A DNA stretch of 64,000 bases from Alphaproteobacteria bacterium (GCA_965261975.1 CBDHEC010000003.1:62142-126141), one strand, 5' to 3'; counted from the first letter of the stretch, positions 38,650 to 50,902 are shown. Numbers and translations: made by a program. The notes: generated by a model from the sequence alone, not told the origin.

Positions 38650-41600
38650 ACTGGTCCCGAAGGTATCCGAAGCCTTGGAGACGATATTCCCCACCGCAGA
38701 TACCGTGTCCGGTTTGATCCAAGCTTCGTATGTGATGGCGGACATGCTGGCCGGCGCGCCGCTGATTGAGACGTAATCGTCGCTACCATCCAGCTCGAGT
38801 GAACGCGCGAAAGGAATGGGTGTCGGTGATGCGTCAGCGAGCAACGTCGTGCCCGTAACCGTGCCGTCGTTGCTGTTCAGCGTGCTGTCGGTGCCGTCGG
38901 CATCAAGGCGGTAATAAGCCGCCAGGTCTTCCTCCCGGCCATTTAGGCGGGTGTCGTAATTCTCCGCCACTTCCGCCGCCGTGCGGATGTCGTCCCAGAC
39001 CCGGACGTCGGAAATTTCACCGTCAAAGTTCGCACTGCCCAGACGGTTGATGCCGATCTGCAGTTCACCGTCAGGCGCAAAGGTGCCAATGTCCTGGTTG
39101 AACGTCAGCGAGCCGCCTGCCGGTGCGCCATCGAGATAGGCGGCGAACGTCTGTGTCGACACATCGTAAGAATAAGCAATGTGGTGCCATTCGCCGTCGT
39201 TCGTCGAGTTCGCGGAAAGCGTGAAAACGTCGATCCCGCCCGTCCCCGCGACCTCGACGTTCGGCTGCCCATTCGTGACGTAGATCTGCATCGCGTTTGT
39301 GCCATCGGCGCCAACATCGTTGCTCGACACAACGGCGACCGTACCCGTCGAGGTCGTCCTGTACCACGCTTCAACCGAGTGCGAGCCGGATATCGGCGGC
39401 GGTGCGGCCGTGGTGATTTCGTCGCTGGAACCGTTGAAGCTCATCACCGGTGCGAACGCATCGGCAGGCGAACCGTGGCCGACCACCGCGTCGCGTTCGT
39501 TGCCGGAAAGATCGCTGGCTGTACCGTCATCGTTGATCTGATCGAAACGCCAGTAGCCTTCGAGGTTCGTGGTGTCGACGGAGCCGTCGAGACGCTGCTG
39601 ATAATTCAGCTGGATCTCGTCGATTGTGCGGGCCTCGGACCAGATGCGCGCCTCGTCGAGCTCGCCGGTAAAGGTGTTCGTACCCTCGGTGCTGTTGCCG
39701 ATAACCGCGCCGCCAACTGCGATATTTGGTGAATACGAAGCCGTGCCTTCGGACTGCCCGTCGATATAGAGCGTCACCGTCCCGCCCGAGTTCACCACGG
39801 CGGCATGGTGCCATTCGCCGTCGTTATAGGCGCTCGCCGACGTTGGCCCGTTCTCATTATTGTACAGATCGAAATCGAGCGTGCCGTTCGTGTTCATGTG
39901 CAGGTTGGCACGCTGGTTCGTCGCCGAGGCGCCGATCTGGAACAATGCTTCGTCATTCGCAAGCGTCCCGGCGTCGCGCTTGAACCAGATTTCGTAGGTG
40001 AAATCGCCGCTGCCGGTGACAAGGCCGGTGCCCGTCCCGTCGCCAAGCTGAACGCCGTCACCCACACCGTCGAACTGCAGCGCGCCCGAGGTCGGTGCAA
40101 CGCCCAGCAGCGCCGGCGGATCGTCATAGGCGGCGACGTTGACGGTAATCGTCTGCGTCGTTGTATTGCCCTCGGCATCCGCGACCGTCACGTCGAAGGT
40201 ATCGAAGCCGAGATACCCCTCGACCGGGTAATAGACAAAGCTGCCGTCGGCACCGACGGAAACGCTGGCGCCCTGCGTCGTGGTGGCACCGTTCTGTACG
40301 GTGAACGTCAGCGTCGTCGCACCGTCCGGATCGATGGCGCCGATGCGTCCGGTGAAGTCCTGGTCCTCATTGAACGTGATCGGCGTGACGAATACGCCGG
40401 CACCGGCATCATTAACGGCAACATTCGTCGGCGTGCCGTCATAGCCGTTGTCGGAACTGTCGACGACAACCGCACCGCCGCCGCCATCGAGCTTGTAGTG
40501 CGCGAGAAGCCCCTCTTCGTCCGGCTGCGGGAAGTTCTCGCGGCCGTCGGCGATCTCGCCGGTGTCGCGCGCGTAACTCCAGATCCGCACATCGGCGATC
40601 TCGCCGTCGAAGTGCTTGGAAGAATCGTAATTATCACCGATATAGGCATAGGAACTACCGAGGTTCGGTGTCATCGCGGCTGAACCGTCTTCCTCACCGT
40701 CGATGACCAGTGTCGCGAGGCCGGTATTGGCGTCGTACCGCACGGCGACGTGGTGCCAGAGCCCGTCGTTGACGGTCGCGGTGCTGTTCGGGCCGGCAGC
40801 GTTTCCGACCGTCTGAAGCTTTACCGTCCCATCGGCGAGGACGCGGAACTGGGATCCCGAGTTGGTAGCGGGACTGTCGCCGATTGCCACAATCTCACCA
40901 TCGGTCGTCGCCGTCGTCTTGACCCAGGCTTCGTAAGTGAAGCTGCCGGTGCCGCTCGACAACGCCGCCACGTTCGCCGACAGATCGATGCTGGACGACG
41001 TGCCGTTGAACTCGGACGCCCGGACAAGGTGATTGACGCTTTCGCCCGATGCCGGGTCGGCACCGCCGTCCAGCAGCGGATCGTCGGCATAAAGACGGTT
41101 GTCATAGGCCGACAGGTCATCGGCGTATTCCTCGTCATGGGTATCAATGTTATCGAAGTTCCAGTACCCGGCGAGAGTCGTCTCCGCCGTCGGGGCCGTG
41201 ATCTTGGTCGCGTAGTTCTGCGCGATTTCCAAATCCGTGCGGGCTTCCTTCCAGATGCGGATCTCATCAATCGCGCCCTGGAAGTGATTCGGATTGGCGT
41301 CGTCGTACGTCTTGCCGATCAGCAGCGGCGCGTTGTTGGCGAACGCGAGACCATCCGCAGTCGACGCGTCCGCGGAACCGGACAGCATGCCATCGATATA
41401 GAAATCGGCGTTGCCGTCCCGGTCGACGGAAATCGCAACGTGATGCCATCCGTCGGCATCGATGGCACCCGAGCTGCTGCCGCCGACGTTCAACTGCGCG
41501 CCGTCGCTCATCGAAAGGTTGATGAAGCCGCTCGCATCGACAAAGGCGTAAACGCCTGCACCATCGGTATCGCGCTTGTCGAACAGCGCCATGCTGCTGC

Positions 41601-44600
41601 CGAGCGACGCCAGATCGACCCAGGCTTCCAACGTGTAATCGCTGGCACCGAAATCGACCGAGAAGCTGTCATCGACGTGCAGGTAGTCGTCCGTGCCGTC
41701 GAGCTGCACGAAGATCTGGCCGTCGCTGGCGCCGAGGACCGCCGGTGCATCGGCCTGCGGGTCGATCGTCACCGTGATCTGCTGCGTGCCGATGGCCCCA
41801 TACTCATCGACCACCTTTACGGTGAACGTATCAATGCCGTTGAAATCCTTGGCCGGACGATAGCTGTAAGCACCCGTGGTTTCATCGATGGTAAGCGTAC
41901 CGTTTTCCGGTGCGCCGTCCGGCGCGACGCTGAAGGTGATCGCCTCGCCTGCGAAATCGTCGGCGATGATACTGCCGGTCAGCGGTGTGTCTTCGTTGAT
42001 GCTGGCATCGAGGGCCGCAATCGGCACCGGGTCCGACAGGTAGGCCGGCGTGCCCGCAACGACGCCGTCGAGACCGCCCGCATAGTCGATGACGTCGTCG
42101 CCTGGTGCCGTCTCCCCGGCAGTGCCGTCGAGCCGCCAGTTGGCCACCAGATCCGGATGATCGGGTGCGACGTAACCGTTCATTTCGGCGCGGATTTCAT
42201 CCCCGGTCCGCGCCGCATCCCAGAACCGGATGTCGGACAGGCTACCGTCGAAGAACCATTCGGCCTGACTGCGGCTGGAGCCGATGGCGCCTGCCTCAGT
42301 GGCGGCGTCGTAGTTGATCCCACCCGGCACATTGACCGTGGCGGCTGCCGACCCATCCAGATAAAGGGTCAGGTCGTTCGTGCTTGAATCAAACGTTGCC
42401 GCCGCATGGTGCCAGCCGCCGTCGTTCACCGTTATATCCGTGTTCAGCGTATTGCCAGCGGCGGTCACCTGCAGTTGATCGCTGGCGTTAACCGCGAGCC
42501 CCAAACGAAGCGAGCCCGACGTGCCGCCAAACAGAATGATCTGCTGGTTCAAACTCGATGAGGCCTCGGTCTGGAACCAGCCTTCGAGGGTGAACGATCC
42601 GCCCCCGACTTCCAGTGCCGCGGCCGCTGACTGCCCCAAGCCGACGGAATCTAACGTGGTCGGATCGAAGGTCATGCCGTGGCGTACATTATCACCCAGC
42701 AGCAGCGGCGAGCTGTCCACGAAAGCCGCGTTCCCAACCAGGGTGCCGTCAATTGCCGTCGTGTTCGTCTGCGCATCACTTGCATCGCCGTTCAGAGGGA
42801 AGTACCCGAGCAGTCCGGTTTCATCACCGTTCAGGCGCACATCCTTTTCGGCCGATATCTGCGTATCTGTGCGGGCCGAGTCCCAGAAACGGACATCTGC
42901 CATTTCGCCATCAAAATTCAGACTCGGAACACCGGTCGCGCCAAGCGCCGCCGTTCCTGCCACAAGACCGGGGGCCGTCGGGTTCGCGGTCGTTTCAACG
43001 ATGCCGTCGACGATAATCTGCAGTTGGTTGGCTGGGCTGGTGGCCGAATATGACACTGCAACATGGTGCCAGGTGCCGTCGGCAATGTTAGTGGTTCCGC
43101 TCGGATGTCCGACAGCATTGAAAACAACGAATTCCGCCAGCCCGCTTGAGTTGATTTGCAGCCGGGCGCTTTCCGAAGAATTTCCTTCGGTACCGAGCTG
43201 AATGAGGACTTCACCGCCTGCGGGCGGCGAGTCCAGTTTCACCCAGGTCTCCCAGGTAAAATCACTGGAGATCAGATTGGCACCCGTTCCAAGGTCGATA
43301 TAGTCGCCATCACCGTCGAATGTCGCAACATCGGCACGCAAATCGACCGGCGGACCTTGAAGAACCTGCGCATCGTTGCCGGTGAGCGTCAGGTCGGTCG
43401 CGGTGCCGTCTGCGTTGATGCTGTCGAACGTCCAGTTGGCGACAAGACCCGGGTTTTCGGAAACGCTTTCCGGCGTTTCGAGCACGTGGCGGTAATTATC
43501 GGCAATCTCGTCGGCGGTGCGGGCCAAGCTCCATGCGCGCACGTCCGCGATTTCGCCCTCAAACGGCGCACTCCCCGCGTTGTTGTCGCCAATTACGAGC
43601 GACCCGGACGCCAGGTTCGGCGTCGTGCTGGTCGTGCTGCCCGCAAGCACCCCGTCCAGGTAAAGCGTGTAGCTGCCGCCGCCATCGTGGCTGAACGCCG
43701 CATGGTGCCACTGGCCGTCGTTCACGGGGTCGACGTCGGACGCGATCGAGAACTGGCTGTTGACGCTGCCGCTCAGATTGCCGCTGGCGTCGATAAACAT
43801 GCCCGCGCCCTGGCCGGCAGCAACCGCACCGACATCGAGCAGGCTTTGCAGCCCGGTTGCGGAAGACTTAAACCAGGTTTCATAGGTAAATGCGCCGGCG
43901 CCGGTCAGGATATTCGTCGCATCGTTCAAGGTGACCTTATCTTCGACACCGTCGAACTGCAGGGAACTGACGCTTCCCTCCACGCCCAGTGCCTGCGGCG
44001 GTTCGTTGACAACTGCTTCAATCCCGTTGGCGGTGTATATGAGTTCCACCGACTGATTTGCAGCCAGCCCGGTCACGTTTATGGTCTCGAATTCCTGCAG
44101 CGGGTCGGCTGTGCCATCGGTATGCGTGACGATCTGGAAGGAATCACCTGCGTTCGCGCCACTGGTGAAGTTCAGGTTCAGCACGTCGCTCTGACCGGAA
44201 AGGTTCAATACGGTGGTCGAGACAGAGTCGAAATTGGACGTATCCGTAATGTCGAGCGACACGGCACCGAAGCTCGAGAAATCGATGCCGTCCTCGACTT
44301 CGATATACGCCGTCTCGGCGCCGACGGTGGCCTGGAAGATGGTGTAGTTGCCGGTGGCATCCGAACGGGTGCCGCTCTGGTTCCAGGTGCCGAAATTGTC
44401 GATCAGCCTGACCTGATCCTGATTATCGCCCTGGATCACCAGCCGGTTGTTCGAATCCGTGACCTGAATGACGCCCGCGGCATCCATATACAGGTCGTTG
44501 CTGTTCGCTCCCGACAGCAGGATGTTCTCGATCTCGTAAAGCGCAGCATAGGCATCGACCGCACCGCTCGGCACCGTCGGTGCCGACGGGTCCGTCGGGC

Positions 44601-47600
44601 CATATGCAATCGAATAAGCGCCGTCGTTCTGGATGACGACCGTGTCGTTTCCGTCATCACCGCTGACAAGGCCGTCCACGCCGTCATAGATCAGGGTGTC
44701 GTCGCCGTCACCGCCGAACAGGTAATCATCGCCCGCACCACCGTCGAGGGTGTCGTCGCCGCCTTCGCCATAGAGATCGTTGTCGTCCGCATCGCCAGTG
44801 ATGACGTCGTTGTATTGGGACCCGGAGACGCCTTCGATGTCGTTCAGGATGTCGGTGCCGGCACCGCCCGTTGCGCTGCCCGCGGCGAGATCGACGGTGA
44901 CCCCGCTGGTGGCGGTCTCGTAAATAACCTCGTCGAAATCGAGACTGTCTGTACTGCCGTTGATCGTGTCATTGCCGGCACCGCCGAGGAAGGCATTGTC
45001 GCCGGTCCCGCCGTTCAGCTCATCGTCGCCCGAGCTGCCGACAAGGAAGTCCCGCCCGGCGCCGCCGGTCAGTGTGCTGCCGCCTGACGTCGCGAACAGG
45101 ATTTCATCGCCGCCTGACGCGGTATCGCCCGGCGTAAACGTAAACGTCTCGGGATCGTCACCGGCCGACGTGAACGTGATGGATTGAAGCGGTGTCAGGC
45201 CGAATACACCGGTGACCGTCGTCGTATGATCGTTGTTGTTCGTGTCGGTGAACGTAACGACCAGGTTCGCGCCGGACTTTTCCAGGGTTTTCACCGTGCG
45301 GTCGGTCAGTTCGAGGATCAATTCGTCATTGCCGGCGTCCGGGACGATGGTATCGTTGCCTTCGGACAGGGTATAGATGTCGTTGCCCGCCCCGCCGATG
45401 AGGGTATCGTCTCCGGCACCGCCGTTCAGATCGTCGTTCCCGGCCCCGCCGATCAACAGGTCATTGCCGGCGCCGCCGTCGATGGTATCGTCGCCATGCT
45501 GCGCATAAACCAGGTCGTTGCCGTCGCCGGCGGAGATGGACTGCGTCCCCTCGTCGCCAAGCAAAAGATCATCGCCCGATGTCGCAGCCTCGCGCAGGTT
45601 GGCGAGGTCTATCGTCTGATCAGCAAACTGCAGGGTTTCCACGTCATAAAGCGTGTCCGTTCCCAGCCCACCGCCTGCCGTGCCGTCGTAATGCGTGACC
45701 GTCCCGGCGTCGACGTCCCCATTACTGTCGAATGTGACCGAGAAGGTGAATTCCTCGACATTGGCATTGAATACCGCCGTATCATCACCGTCATCGCCGT
45801 AGATGGTGTCGTTTCCGATACCGCCCTCGATGACATCGTTCCCGGCCTCGCCGAAGACGACGTCGGCGCCGTCGCCGGCCGTGATCGTATCGCTACCCGA
45901 AAGCCCGTCGATGATGTCCCGCCCGGATGAACCGGCCAGCGTTTCGCCGGCGGCCGTGCCGTTGATGACATTGGTGCCGCTGGCAAAGCTGACGTGCGAT
46001 GCATCGCTGAGATAGGTGCTGAAATAAGATGAATCGACACCACTAAAGCTGGCGCCCGCGACTGTGTTCAGGTGGTTTGCGACCGCCCCCATGGCATGGT
46101 GCGCGGCCTGCGCCAGTGCATCGAAGGTCGCCGCGTCATCCCCGGTGTAGGTGTTGAAGTGCCCGGTGACCTCGCGAATCAACGGACCGACGCTGGCCGC
46201 GACATGATCGGTCACGTCGGTGCCGGTAAACCCGGTCACATTCGCGGCGACCGTGTTCAGGATCGCTTCCAGTCCGTCGTCGGAATCGAACGCGGGCGAA
46301 CCGGCGGCGATCTGGTTGGCGAGCGCGCTCATCACCTCCTCGATCACTTCGCTGGTGGTGAGGTTTGCGTTCGTGCCGGTGATGGCCTTGGTCAGGATCT
46401 GCACCGTCGACATGATCTTGAGGCCGGCGGAGAACGTCGCCCCGTGGGTTTGCGCGAGCGGATCGAAATTCCTCAGATCCTCACCCGCCGGGAGCGAGAA
46501 GCCGAGCGCCGTAAGCACCGCGTCGTGCGCGGCATCGGCATTGGTCGCAACACCGTTGTCGACCATGTGCTGGATCAGCGTGGTCAGCGGCGTGACGGTC
46601 GCCGCGGTGCCGGATCCGCCGGGTGCCTTCAGGATCCCTTCGAACCTGAGGCCGGTGGTGACGTCAACACCGCCGGTGACATAAACCGGTTGACCCGCGA
46701 ACTGCGACGGAATGGAAAGCGTGTACTGGCCTAAAACGTTCGTGGTGGTCGAGGTCTCCCCACTATCGAAAATGCCGTTCCCGTTTTCGTCGACGAAGAC
46801 CGTCGCGCCGCGCAGATACCCGTCGATGACGTTACCTCCGGCGCTGACATCCGGCGGATCGGTCGGATCAGCCGGCGTGGTCGGGTCATTGGTTGTGGTA
46901 TCCACCGGCGGTGATGTTGTCGGGGGAGATATCGGCGATATCGGCGATACCGGCGAGATGGGTGAAATCGGGGAGGCTGGAGGAGACGTCGGCGGAGACG
47001 TCGGCGGAGACAACGTTACGGGTGGCGATGTCCCCTCGCCGTCGCCTTCACCGTCACCATTACCGTCACCGTCACCTGTGCCGTCACCAGTACCATCGCC
47101 CGTGCCGTCACCAGTACCATCGCCCGTGCCATCGCCAGTACCGTCGCCGGTACCATCGCCCGTGCCGTCGCCGGTACCATCGCCCGTGCCGTCGCCGGTA
47201 CCTTCGCCCGTCCCGTCACCGTCGCCATCGCCCGTCCCGTCACCGGTACCATCGCCGTCGCCATCCCCCGTGCCGTCGCCGTCGCCATCACCGGTGCCAT
47301 CCCCCGTGCCGTCGCCATCCCCGGTGCCGTCACCTTCACCGTCTTCATTGCCGCCCTGCTGCTGCGCGGCCGCCTGGGCCGCGGCCTCGGCAGCGGCCGC
47401 CGCCTCCTCGGCCGCGGCTGCACGTACGGCGGCTTCCTCGGCCTTGGCCTGGGCTTCGGCCTGTTTCTGCTCGGCGCGGGCCGTCGCTTCCTGTTCCTGC
47501 GCTTCGGCCTGCTGGGCTTCCTGCTCGACGGCCTGTTTCTGCTGTTCGATTTCCTGTTTGACGTGGGTCTGGACCCCAGCCGCATCGGCGGCTTCGACGA

Positions 47601-49089
47601 CCGCGGCTTCGGGTGACTTATCCAGGGCCTGCGCCTTGGCCGCCGCCGCCACCTTGGCCGCTGCCGCCGCCTCGGCCTGCTTGGTCGCCGCCTCGGCACC
47701 GATCTGCGCGGCTTCGGCTTCCTTGGCGGCACTTTCCGCCGCCGCCGCCTCGGCCGCTGCCGCCGCCGCTGCTGCCGCCGCCGCTTCCGCCGCTGCTGCC
47801 GCTTCTGCTTCTGCTGCCGCCGCTGCCGCCGCTTCCGCTGCTGCTGCTGCCGCCGCCTGTTCTTCCGCCGTGGTCGCCGCCGCCGCTGCCGCTTCGGCTT
47901 CCGCGGCCGCTGCTGCCGCCGCCGCTGCCTGTTCCGCCGCCGCGGCCGCCGCTGCTTCCTGGGCTGCCGCCGCTTCCTGAGCCGCCGCCGCTTCCTGAGC
48001 GGCCGCCTGCGCCTCGGCATTCGCCGCTTCTTCCTGCTGCGCGGCTTCGTCGGCTTCGGCCTGTTTCTGTTCCTTTTCCTGTTCGGCCTGTTCGGCCTGC
48101 TGGCGCACCTGCTGGGCTTCTTCGAACGCCTGGCTGGCTTCTTCGACCACTTCCGGCGCCAGCGAGTTCTCGGCATTCGGCAGGTTCTTCATCGCCTGAC
48201 CGAAGGCCTGCCCGAACTGGCGCGCCGTCATGACGAACGGTTCAGACGGCGCATCGCCCCGGCTGGAAACGGACATCGCCTGGAAGGCCTGGTTAATGAC
48301 CTTCGAGCCGGCATCGGTCGAGACTGTGATTTCACCGACGAAATCACCGCGCTCGTTGGTGATCGCGATGGTGATCTGGCCCTGCGCGTTGACGCCGCCG
48401 CCGCCCGCGGTGCCGCGGATACCGATAGTCGCCGTCGGCGTGTCGACGACCATGGCGTCGACGCCGGTCTTGGCGATCTGACCGGAAACGAAGGTGAACG
48501 CGCCCTGCAACAGGGAAATCGCAGCCTCGCCCTGCTGCGCGGCGGGGTCGTAGATCATCTCGTCGAGGACCATCCGGCCCCCTTCGCCAAGTGCGAACGT
48601 GCTTTCGTCGGCAAACACGATGCCGACTGCGCCGGCCTTGCCGGTTTCGATCACATCGCCCTGGAACACGGGGTCGCCGGCCTGCAGGGTCACCTTGGAG
48701 CCGTCGGCGCGCGTGACCTCGACCGTACCTTCAATGGTCTCGACGGTGCCGATCGGCTCGACCTGGGCCAGTTCCCCGGACTGTGCGACCTGCACGCCGG
48801 TTCGGGGGCCGGCCAGAATGGTCGCGGTTTCGCCCTTAAGGACGACACCGTCAGGGGTGGTGATATTCGGGGGATCGGGAAGATTAAAGTAGTCGCGGAC
48901 GATAACGACCTGTCCGTCGGGGCCTTTGATGACGAGGTCGGGACCTTCACGATCGAAATCGGCGCGGAGGAACCAGGCCTCGCCGATCACCACATCCTTG
49001 CCGGCTTCCGCCGTGATCAGGATGTGTTCGTTACCGGATGATCCTGCGCTTCCTGCAGCGGATCCGGTGTCCGGTGGCATGTTGTTCAT
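37978..49089 (-). CDS. Giant surface/adhesin-like protein (FecR-like N-terminus, Ala-rich stalk, RTX repeats, LamG and cadherin-like domains), in-frame fused to a GabD C-terminal half
   Basis: 3703-aa ORF; ...[11 protein letters not shown] FecR-like domain; GGxGxDxL repeats; seven complete LamG units (F-DG..D, FTxExW, WHHxA, GEIxDVRxW) plus a truncated eighth; two NED..TFTVxVxD cadherin-like units. Confidence 0.85.
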   Translation of the reverse strand: MNNMPPDTGSAAGSAGSSGNEHILITAEAGKDVVIGEAWFLRADFDREGPDLVIKGPDGQVVIVRDYFNLPDPPNITTPDGVVLKGETATILAGPRTGVQVAQSGELAQVEPIGTVETIEGTVEVTRADGSKVTLQAGDPVFQGDVIETGKAGAVGIVFADESTFALGEGGRMVLDEMIYDPAAQQGEAAISLLQGAFTFVSGQIAKTGVDAMVVDTPTATIGIRGTAGGGGVNAQGQITIAITNERGDFVGEITVSTDAGSKVINQAFQAMSVSSRGDAPSEPFVMTARQFGQAFGQAMKNLPNAENSLAPEVVEEASQAFEEAQQVRQQAEQAEQEKEQKQAEADEAAQQEEAANAEAQAAAQEAAAAQEAAAAQEAAAAAAAEQAAAAAAAAAEAEAAAAAATTAEEQAAAAAAAEAAAAAAAEAEAAAAAEAAAAAAAAAAAEAAAAESAAKEAEAAQIGAEAATKQAEAAAAAKVAAAAKAQALDKSPEAAVVEAADAAGVQTHVKQEIEQQKQAVEQEAQQAEAQEQEATARAEQKQAEAQAKAEEAAVRAAAAEEAAAAAEAAAQAAAQQQGGNEDGEGDGTGDGDGTGDGTGDGDGDGTGDGDGDGTGDGTGDGDGDGTGEGTGDGTGDGTGDGTGDGTGDGTGDGTGDGTGDGTGDGTGDGTGDGDGNGDGEGDGEGTSPPVTLSPPTSPPTSPPASPISPISPVSPISPISPPTTSPPVDTTTNDPTTPADPTDPPDVSAGGNVIDGYLRGATVFVDENGNGIFDSGETSTTTNVLGQYTLSIPSQFAGQPVYVTGGVDVTTGLRFEGILKAPGGSGTAATVTPLTTLIQHMVDNGVATNADAAHDAVLTALGFSLPAGEDLRNFDPLAQTHGATFSAGLKIMSTVQILTKAITGTNANLTTSEVIEEVMSALANQIAAGSPAFDSDDGLEAILNTVAANVTGFTGTDVTDHVAASVGPLIREVTGHFNTYTGDDAATFDALAQAAHHAMGAVANHLNTVAGASFSGVDSSYFSTYLSDASHVSFASGTNVINGTAAGETLAGSSGRDIIDGLSGSDTITAGDGADVVFGEAGNDVIEGGIGNDTIYGDDGDDTAVFNANVEEFTFSVTFDSNGDVDAGTVTHYDGTAGGGLGTDTLYDVETLQFADQTIDLANLREAATSGDDLLLGDEGTQSISAGDGNDLVYAQHGDDTIDGGAGNDLLIGGAGNDDLNGGAGDDTLIGGAGNDIYTLSEGNDTIVPDAGNDELILELTDRTVKTLEKSGANLVVTFTDTNNNDHTTTVTGVFGLTPLQSITFTSAGDDPETFTFTPGDTASGGDEILFATSGGSTLTGGAGRDFLVGSSGDDELNGGTGDNAFLGGAGNDTINGSTDSLDFDEVIYETATSGVTVDLAAGSATGGAGTDILNDIEGVSGSQYNDVITGDADDNDLYGEGGDDTLDGGAGDDYLFGGDGDDTLIYDGVDGLVSGDDGNDTVVIQNDGAYSIAYGPTDPSAPTVPSGAVDAYAALYEIENILLSGANSNDLYMDAAGVIQVTDSNNRLVIQGDNQDQVRLIDNFGTWNQSGTRSDATGNYTIFQATVGAETAYIEVEDGIDFSSFGAVSLDITDTSNFDSVSTTVLNLSGQSDVLNLNFTSGANAGDSFQIVTHTDGTADPLQEFETINVTGLAANQSVELIYTANGIEAVVNEPPQALGVEGSVSSLQFDGVEDKVTLNDATNILTGAGAFTYETWFKSSATGLQSLLDVGAVAAGQGAGMFIDASGNLSGSVNSQFSIASDVDPVNDGQWHHAAFSHDGGGSYTLYLDGVLAGSTTSTTPNLASGSLVIGDNNAGSAPFEGEIADVRAWSLARTADEIADNYRHVLETPESVSENPGLVANWTFDSINADGTATDLTLTGNDAQVLQGPPVDLRADVATFDGDGDYIDLGTGANLISSDFTWETWVKLDSPPAGGEVLIQLGTEGNSSESARLQINSSGLAEFVVFNAVGHPSGTTNIADGTWHHVAVSYSATSPANQLQIIVDGIVETTANPTAPGLVAGTAALGATGVPSLNFDGEMADVRFWDSARTDTQISAEKDVRLNGDETGLLGYFPLNGDASDAQTNTTAIDGTLVGNAAFVDSSPLLLGDNVRHGMTFDPTTLDSVGLGQSAAAALEVGGGSFTLEGWFQTEASSSLNQQIILFGGTSGSLRLGLAVNASDQLQVTAAGNTLNTDITVNDGGWHHAAATFDSSTNDLTLYLDGSAAATVNVPGGINYDAATEAGAIGSSRSQAEWFFDGSLSDIRFWDAARTGDEIRAEMNGYVAPDHPDLVANWRLDGTAGETAPGDDVIDYAGGLDGVVAGTPAYLSDPVPIAALDASINEDTPLTGSIIADDFAGEAITFSVAPDGAPENGTLTIDETTGAYSYRPAKDFNGIDTFTVKVVDEYGAIGTQQITVTIDPQADAPAVLGASDGQIFVQLDGTDDYLHVDDSFSVDFGASDYTLEAWVDLASLGSSMALFDKRDTDGAGVYAFVDASGFINLSMSDGAQLNVGGSSSGAIDADGWHHVAISVDRDGNADFYIDGMLSGSADASTADGLAFANNAPLLIGKTYDDANPNHFQGAIDEIRIWKEARTDLEIAQNYATKITAPTAETTLAGYWNFDNIDTHDEEYADDLSAYDNRLYADDPLLDGGADPASGESVNHLVRASEFNGTSSSIDLSANVAALSSGTGSFTYEAWVKTTATTDGEIVAIGDSPATNSGSQFRVLADGTVKLQTVGNAAGPNSTATVNDGLWHHVAVRYDANTGLATLVIDGEEDGSAAMTPNLGSSYAYIGDNYDSSKHFDGEIADVRIWSYARDTGEIADGRENFPQPDEEGLLAHYKLDGGGGAVVVDSSDNGYDGTPTNVAVNDAGAGVFVTPITFNEDQDFTGRIGAIDPDGATTLTFTVQNGATTTQGASVSVGADGSFVYYPVEGYLGFDTFDVTVADAEGNTTTQTITVNVAAYDDPPALLGVAPTSGALQFDGVGDGVQLGDGTGTGLVTGSGDFTYEIWFKRDAGTLANDEALFQIGASATNQRANLHMNTNGTLDFDLYNNENGPTSASAYNDGEWHHAAVVNSGGTVTLYIDGQSEGTASYSPNIAVGGAVIGNSTEGTNTFTGELDEARIWSEARTIDEIQLNYQQRLDGSVDTTNLEGYWRFDQINDDGTASDLSGNERDAVVGHGSPADAFAPVMSFNGSSDEITTAAPPPISGSHSVEAWYRTTSTGTVAVVSSNDVGADGTNAMQIYVTNGQPNVEVAGTGGIDVFTLSANSTNDGEWHHIAYSYDVSTQTFAAYLDGAPAGGSLTFNQDIGTFAPDGELQIGINRLGSANFDGEISDVRVWDDIRTAAEVAENYDTRLNGREEDLAAYYRLDADGTDSTLNSNDGTVTGTTLLADASPTPIPFARSLELDGSDDYVSISGAPASMSAITYEAWIKPDTVSAVGNIVSKASDTFGTSFVVFDDADLDAAVVGAIASKYRNTGQTCVCANRILVQDGVYDAFAAKLATAVAKLNVGDGMSDDVQQGPLIDMAAVEKVEQHIADAVGKGAKVAVGGGRHELGGTFFQPTILVEVTPDMDVSHEETFGPLAPLYRFGSDEEGIAMANDTEFGLAAYFYANDLKRVWKVSEGLESGIVGVNTGLISTEVAPFGGVKESGVGREGSHYGIDDYVEIKYVCMGGIA
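47031..47345 (-). repeat. Coding tandem repeat (GDGT/GDGD)n, 12-nt and 6-nt units
   Basis: About 100 codons of GDGTGDGT..., with synonymous variation among units. Confidence 0.9.
47360..48130 (-). repeat. Low-complexity Ala/Glu/Gln-rich coding region with poly-Ala tracts
   Basis: [23 protein letters not shown]..., QEAAAA x3; GCN trinucleotide runs. Confidence 0.9.
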
Positions 49090-49180
49090 GCAGAGCCCCC
49101 CGAAGGCTCAGTGTCCGCAAGCCCCCCGACCGCAAAACACATCAAAAAATGACGCCAAAGACGGAAGCTTCTTTTCCATC

Positions 49181-49252
49181 TGTCACAGTTAACGCCACAT
49201 TCTCCTGAACACACTGTGACAAGCATCACTTTTAGCTAAAATTTTAATTAAA
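49181..49252. promoter_or_regulatory. AT-rich divergent promoter with inverted repeats and a CRP-like box
   Basis: TGTCACAGT(49181)...ACTGTGACA(49221) inverted repeat; TGTGAcaagcaTCACT (49215-49230, 9/10 CRP); palindromes TTTTAGCTAAAA and TTTAATTAAA. Confidence 0.5.
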
Positions 49253-49334
49253 TTCGGGCAGTTGGCCCGATTGATCAAGGCGTTTAGTGTATCCGAACGA
49301 GCTGCCATTCAAACCACGTATAAACCCGCGGAAC

Positions 49335-49946
49335 ATGCCCGAAAAAATACAACCGAACGCCGCCACACAGAGCGTCACGCGAAAGGACCTGGAAGTCCCC
49401 GATATCGAGTGGGTGTTCGGCTATGGTTCGTTGATGTGGCGTCCCGGATTCCGGTTTCTGGACCAATGTCCGGCGCGGCTAGACGGCTATCATCGTGCGC
49501 CCTGCATCTATTCGCACCATCACCGCGGCACGATCGATGTGCCGGGGCTCGTTCTGGGACTGGACAGCGGCGGTTCCTGCCACGGCATTGCCTTCAAAAT
49601 AGACATTAAAGATAGACCGCAAATCGTTGAATATCTTTATGAAAGAGAGATGATCGGATACGCGTACAAGCCGGCATGCCTGGACATCGAGATCGGCCAT
49701 GACCGCGTCACGGCCTTCACCTTCGTCGCCGATCCGGATCACGATCAATACGCCGGCGATCTGGGCGAGGAACGGGCCGCCGACATCATCATGCGGGCCG
49801 AGGGAATCAGCGGGCTCAACCGGGATTACCTGATGAACACCGTCGAGAAGCTCGAGCACGAGGGGTTCGCCGAGCCCGACCTCGTCCGTTTGCGCTACCG
49901 GGTGCGTCTGTTGACCGGTGAAATCGACCAGGGCGGCGGCATCTGA
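49335..49946 (+). CDS. chaC: Glutathione-specific gamma-glutamylcyclotransferase ChaC
   Basis: WVFGYGSLMWRPGF, HRGT...PGLVLGLD.GGSC, LYERE, GISG.N..YL. Confidence 0.9.
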   Translation: MPEKIQPNAATQSVTRKDLEVPDIEWVFGYGSLMWRPGFRFLDQCPARLDGYHRAPCIYSHHHRGTIDVPGLVLGLDSGGSCHGIAFKIDIKDRPQIVEYLYEREMIGYAYKPACLDIEIGHDRVTAFTFVADPDHDQYAGDLGEERAADIIMRAEGISGLNRDYLMNTVEKLEHEGFAEPDLVRLRYRVRLLTGEIDQGGGI

Positions 49947-50065
49947 TACCGCTGGAAGCGGATATGACGCCGTATGCGAACGTGGTATCCTCAGATTCTC
50001 ATCGGGCGATTCTCTGGGCCGGGGATTCACGAAGCGTTAACCAAGTCGACACTAGGATACGGGCC

Positions 50066-50353
50066 ATGGCAGAAGATAAGGAATACGGCGTCAAGAGCGA
50101 CGGCTCGCGCAGCGAGATGGAAGCCGTTCTCGACGTCAAACTCGAGGTTACAGCAGTGCTGGGCACGGCCTACATGCCGATCAGCCAGATCCTGAAACTC
50201 GGCCGTGGCGCGGTTGTCGAACTGGACCGTTCCGTGGGCGAGGACATCGAGCTTCATGCCAATAACCAGCTCATCGCCAAGGGGGAGGTCATCGTCGTCG
50301 AAGACCGGCTTGGCGTCACCGTCAACGACGTGATCAAGAGCCCTTCCGGCTAA
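50066..50353 (+). CDS. fliN: FliN/SpoA-domain protein (orphan)
   Basis: LDVKLEVTAVLG, ILKLGRGAVVELD, LIAKGEVIVVEDRLGV; AGGA RBS. Confidence 0.75.
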   Translation: MAEDKEYGVKSDGSRSEMEAVLDVKLEVTAVLGTAYMPISQILKLGRGAVVELDRSVGEDIELHANNQLIAKGEVIVVEDRLGVTVNDVIKSPSG

Positions 50354-50376
50354 CCGGGGGCTTTGCGAGGTCTGCC

Positions 50377-50580
50377 ATGATGATTTCCGCCGACGTTTAT
50401 CGAACCGCGACGCTTATGATCGGGGAATACGGTGAATTCGCACCCGCCGGTGCATTCATCAAGGCCGATCAACTCCGCGATGCCGGGGACAGCGCAGGCC
50501 GCGAAGTGTGGCTCAGGATCGCGCGCGCCGCCGAGGAGCTTCTGTCGGAAGACCGTCCGCAGGACAGTGTTCTCCACTGA
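50377..50580 (+). CDS. Small hypothetical protein of a type common in alphaproteobacteria
   Basis: GAGG RBS; DVYRTATLMIGEYG...ADQLRDAGD..G..VWLRIARA pattern. Confidence 0.65.
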   Translation: MMISADVYRTATLMIGEYGEFAPAGAFIKADQLRDAGDSAGREVWLRIARAAEELLSEDRPQDSVLH

Positions 50581-50608
50581 CCCCCTCGCCGCCCCGGAAC
50601 AGCGGCGT

Positions 50609-50863
50609 CTATCCGTTTTCCTTGACGCATTTGAACGTGCTGACGCGGGTGCCGACGAAATAGGTGCTTTCCCGCGAGCCTTCCTGCACTTTCACCGCCG
50701 TCTTGCCGAAGAACGCGCAATGCCGGTCGGCGCGCTGCTGGATCAGCAGATCGTTTTCGGAAGAATGTCGGATCGATATGCCGGTTTCGTCTTTCGAAAC
50801 GACGGCACATCCGGCGAGAATCATAAAGGCCGCGAGCACGGCTAAGCGTTTGTATTTGTCCAT
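50609..50863 (-). CDS. Small lipoprotein
   Basis: Basic N-terminus, hydrophobic core and LAGC lipobox; two further Cys (ADRHC...FKC). Confidence 0.75.
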   Translation of the reverse strand: MDKYKRLAVLAAFMILAGCAVVSKDETGISIRHSSENDLLIQQRADRHCAFFGKTAVKVQEGSRESTYFVGTRVSTFKCVKENG

Positions 50864-50902
50864 GACACCGGATTATCATACCCGCGCCGCAAAATCACAA
50901 TC

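Noticed and set aside
46712-47980. 422-aa plus-strand ORF with PSPV repeats
   Set aside because: It is the reverse complement of the GDGT/poly-Ala region of the giant gene.
47031-48130. Tandem repeats as a CRISPR array or non-coding repeat array
   Set aside because: No unique spacers and no cas genes; the units are codon multiples inside an open frame with synonymous variation.
50037-50044. CtrA site before the fliN-like gene
   Set aside because: Only a partial half-site (TTAACCA); no TTAA-N7-TTAA.
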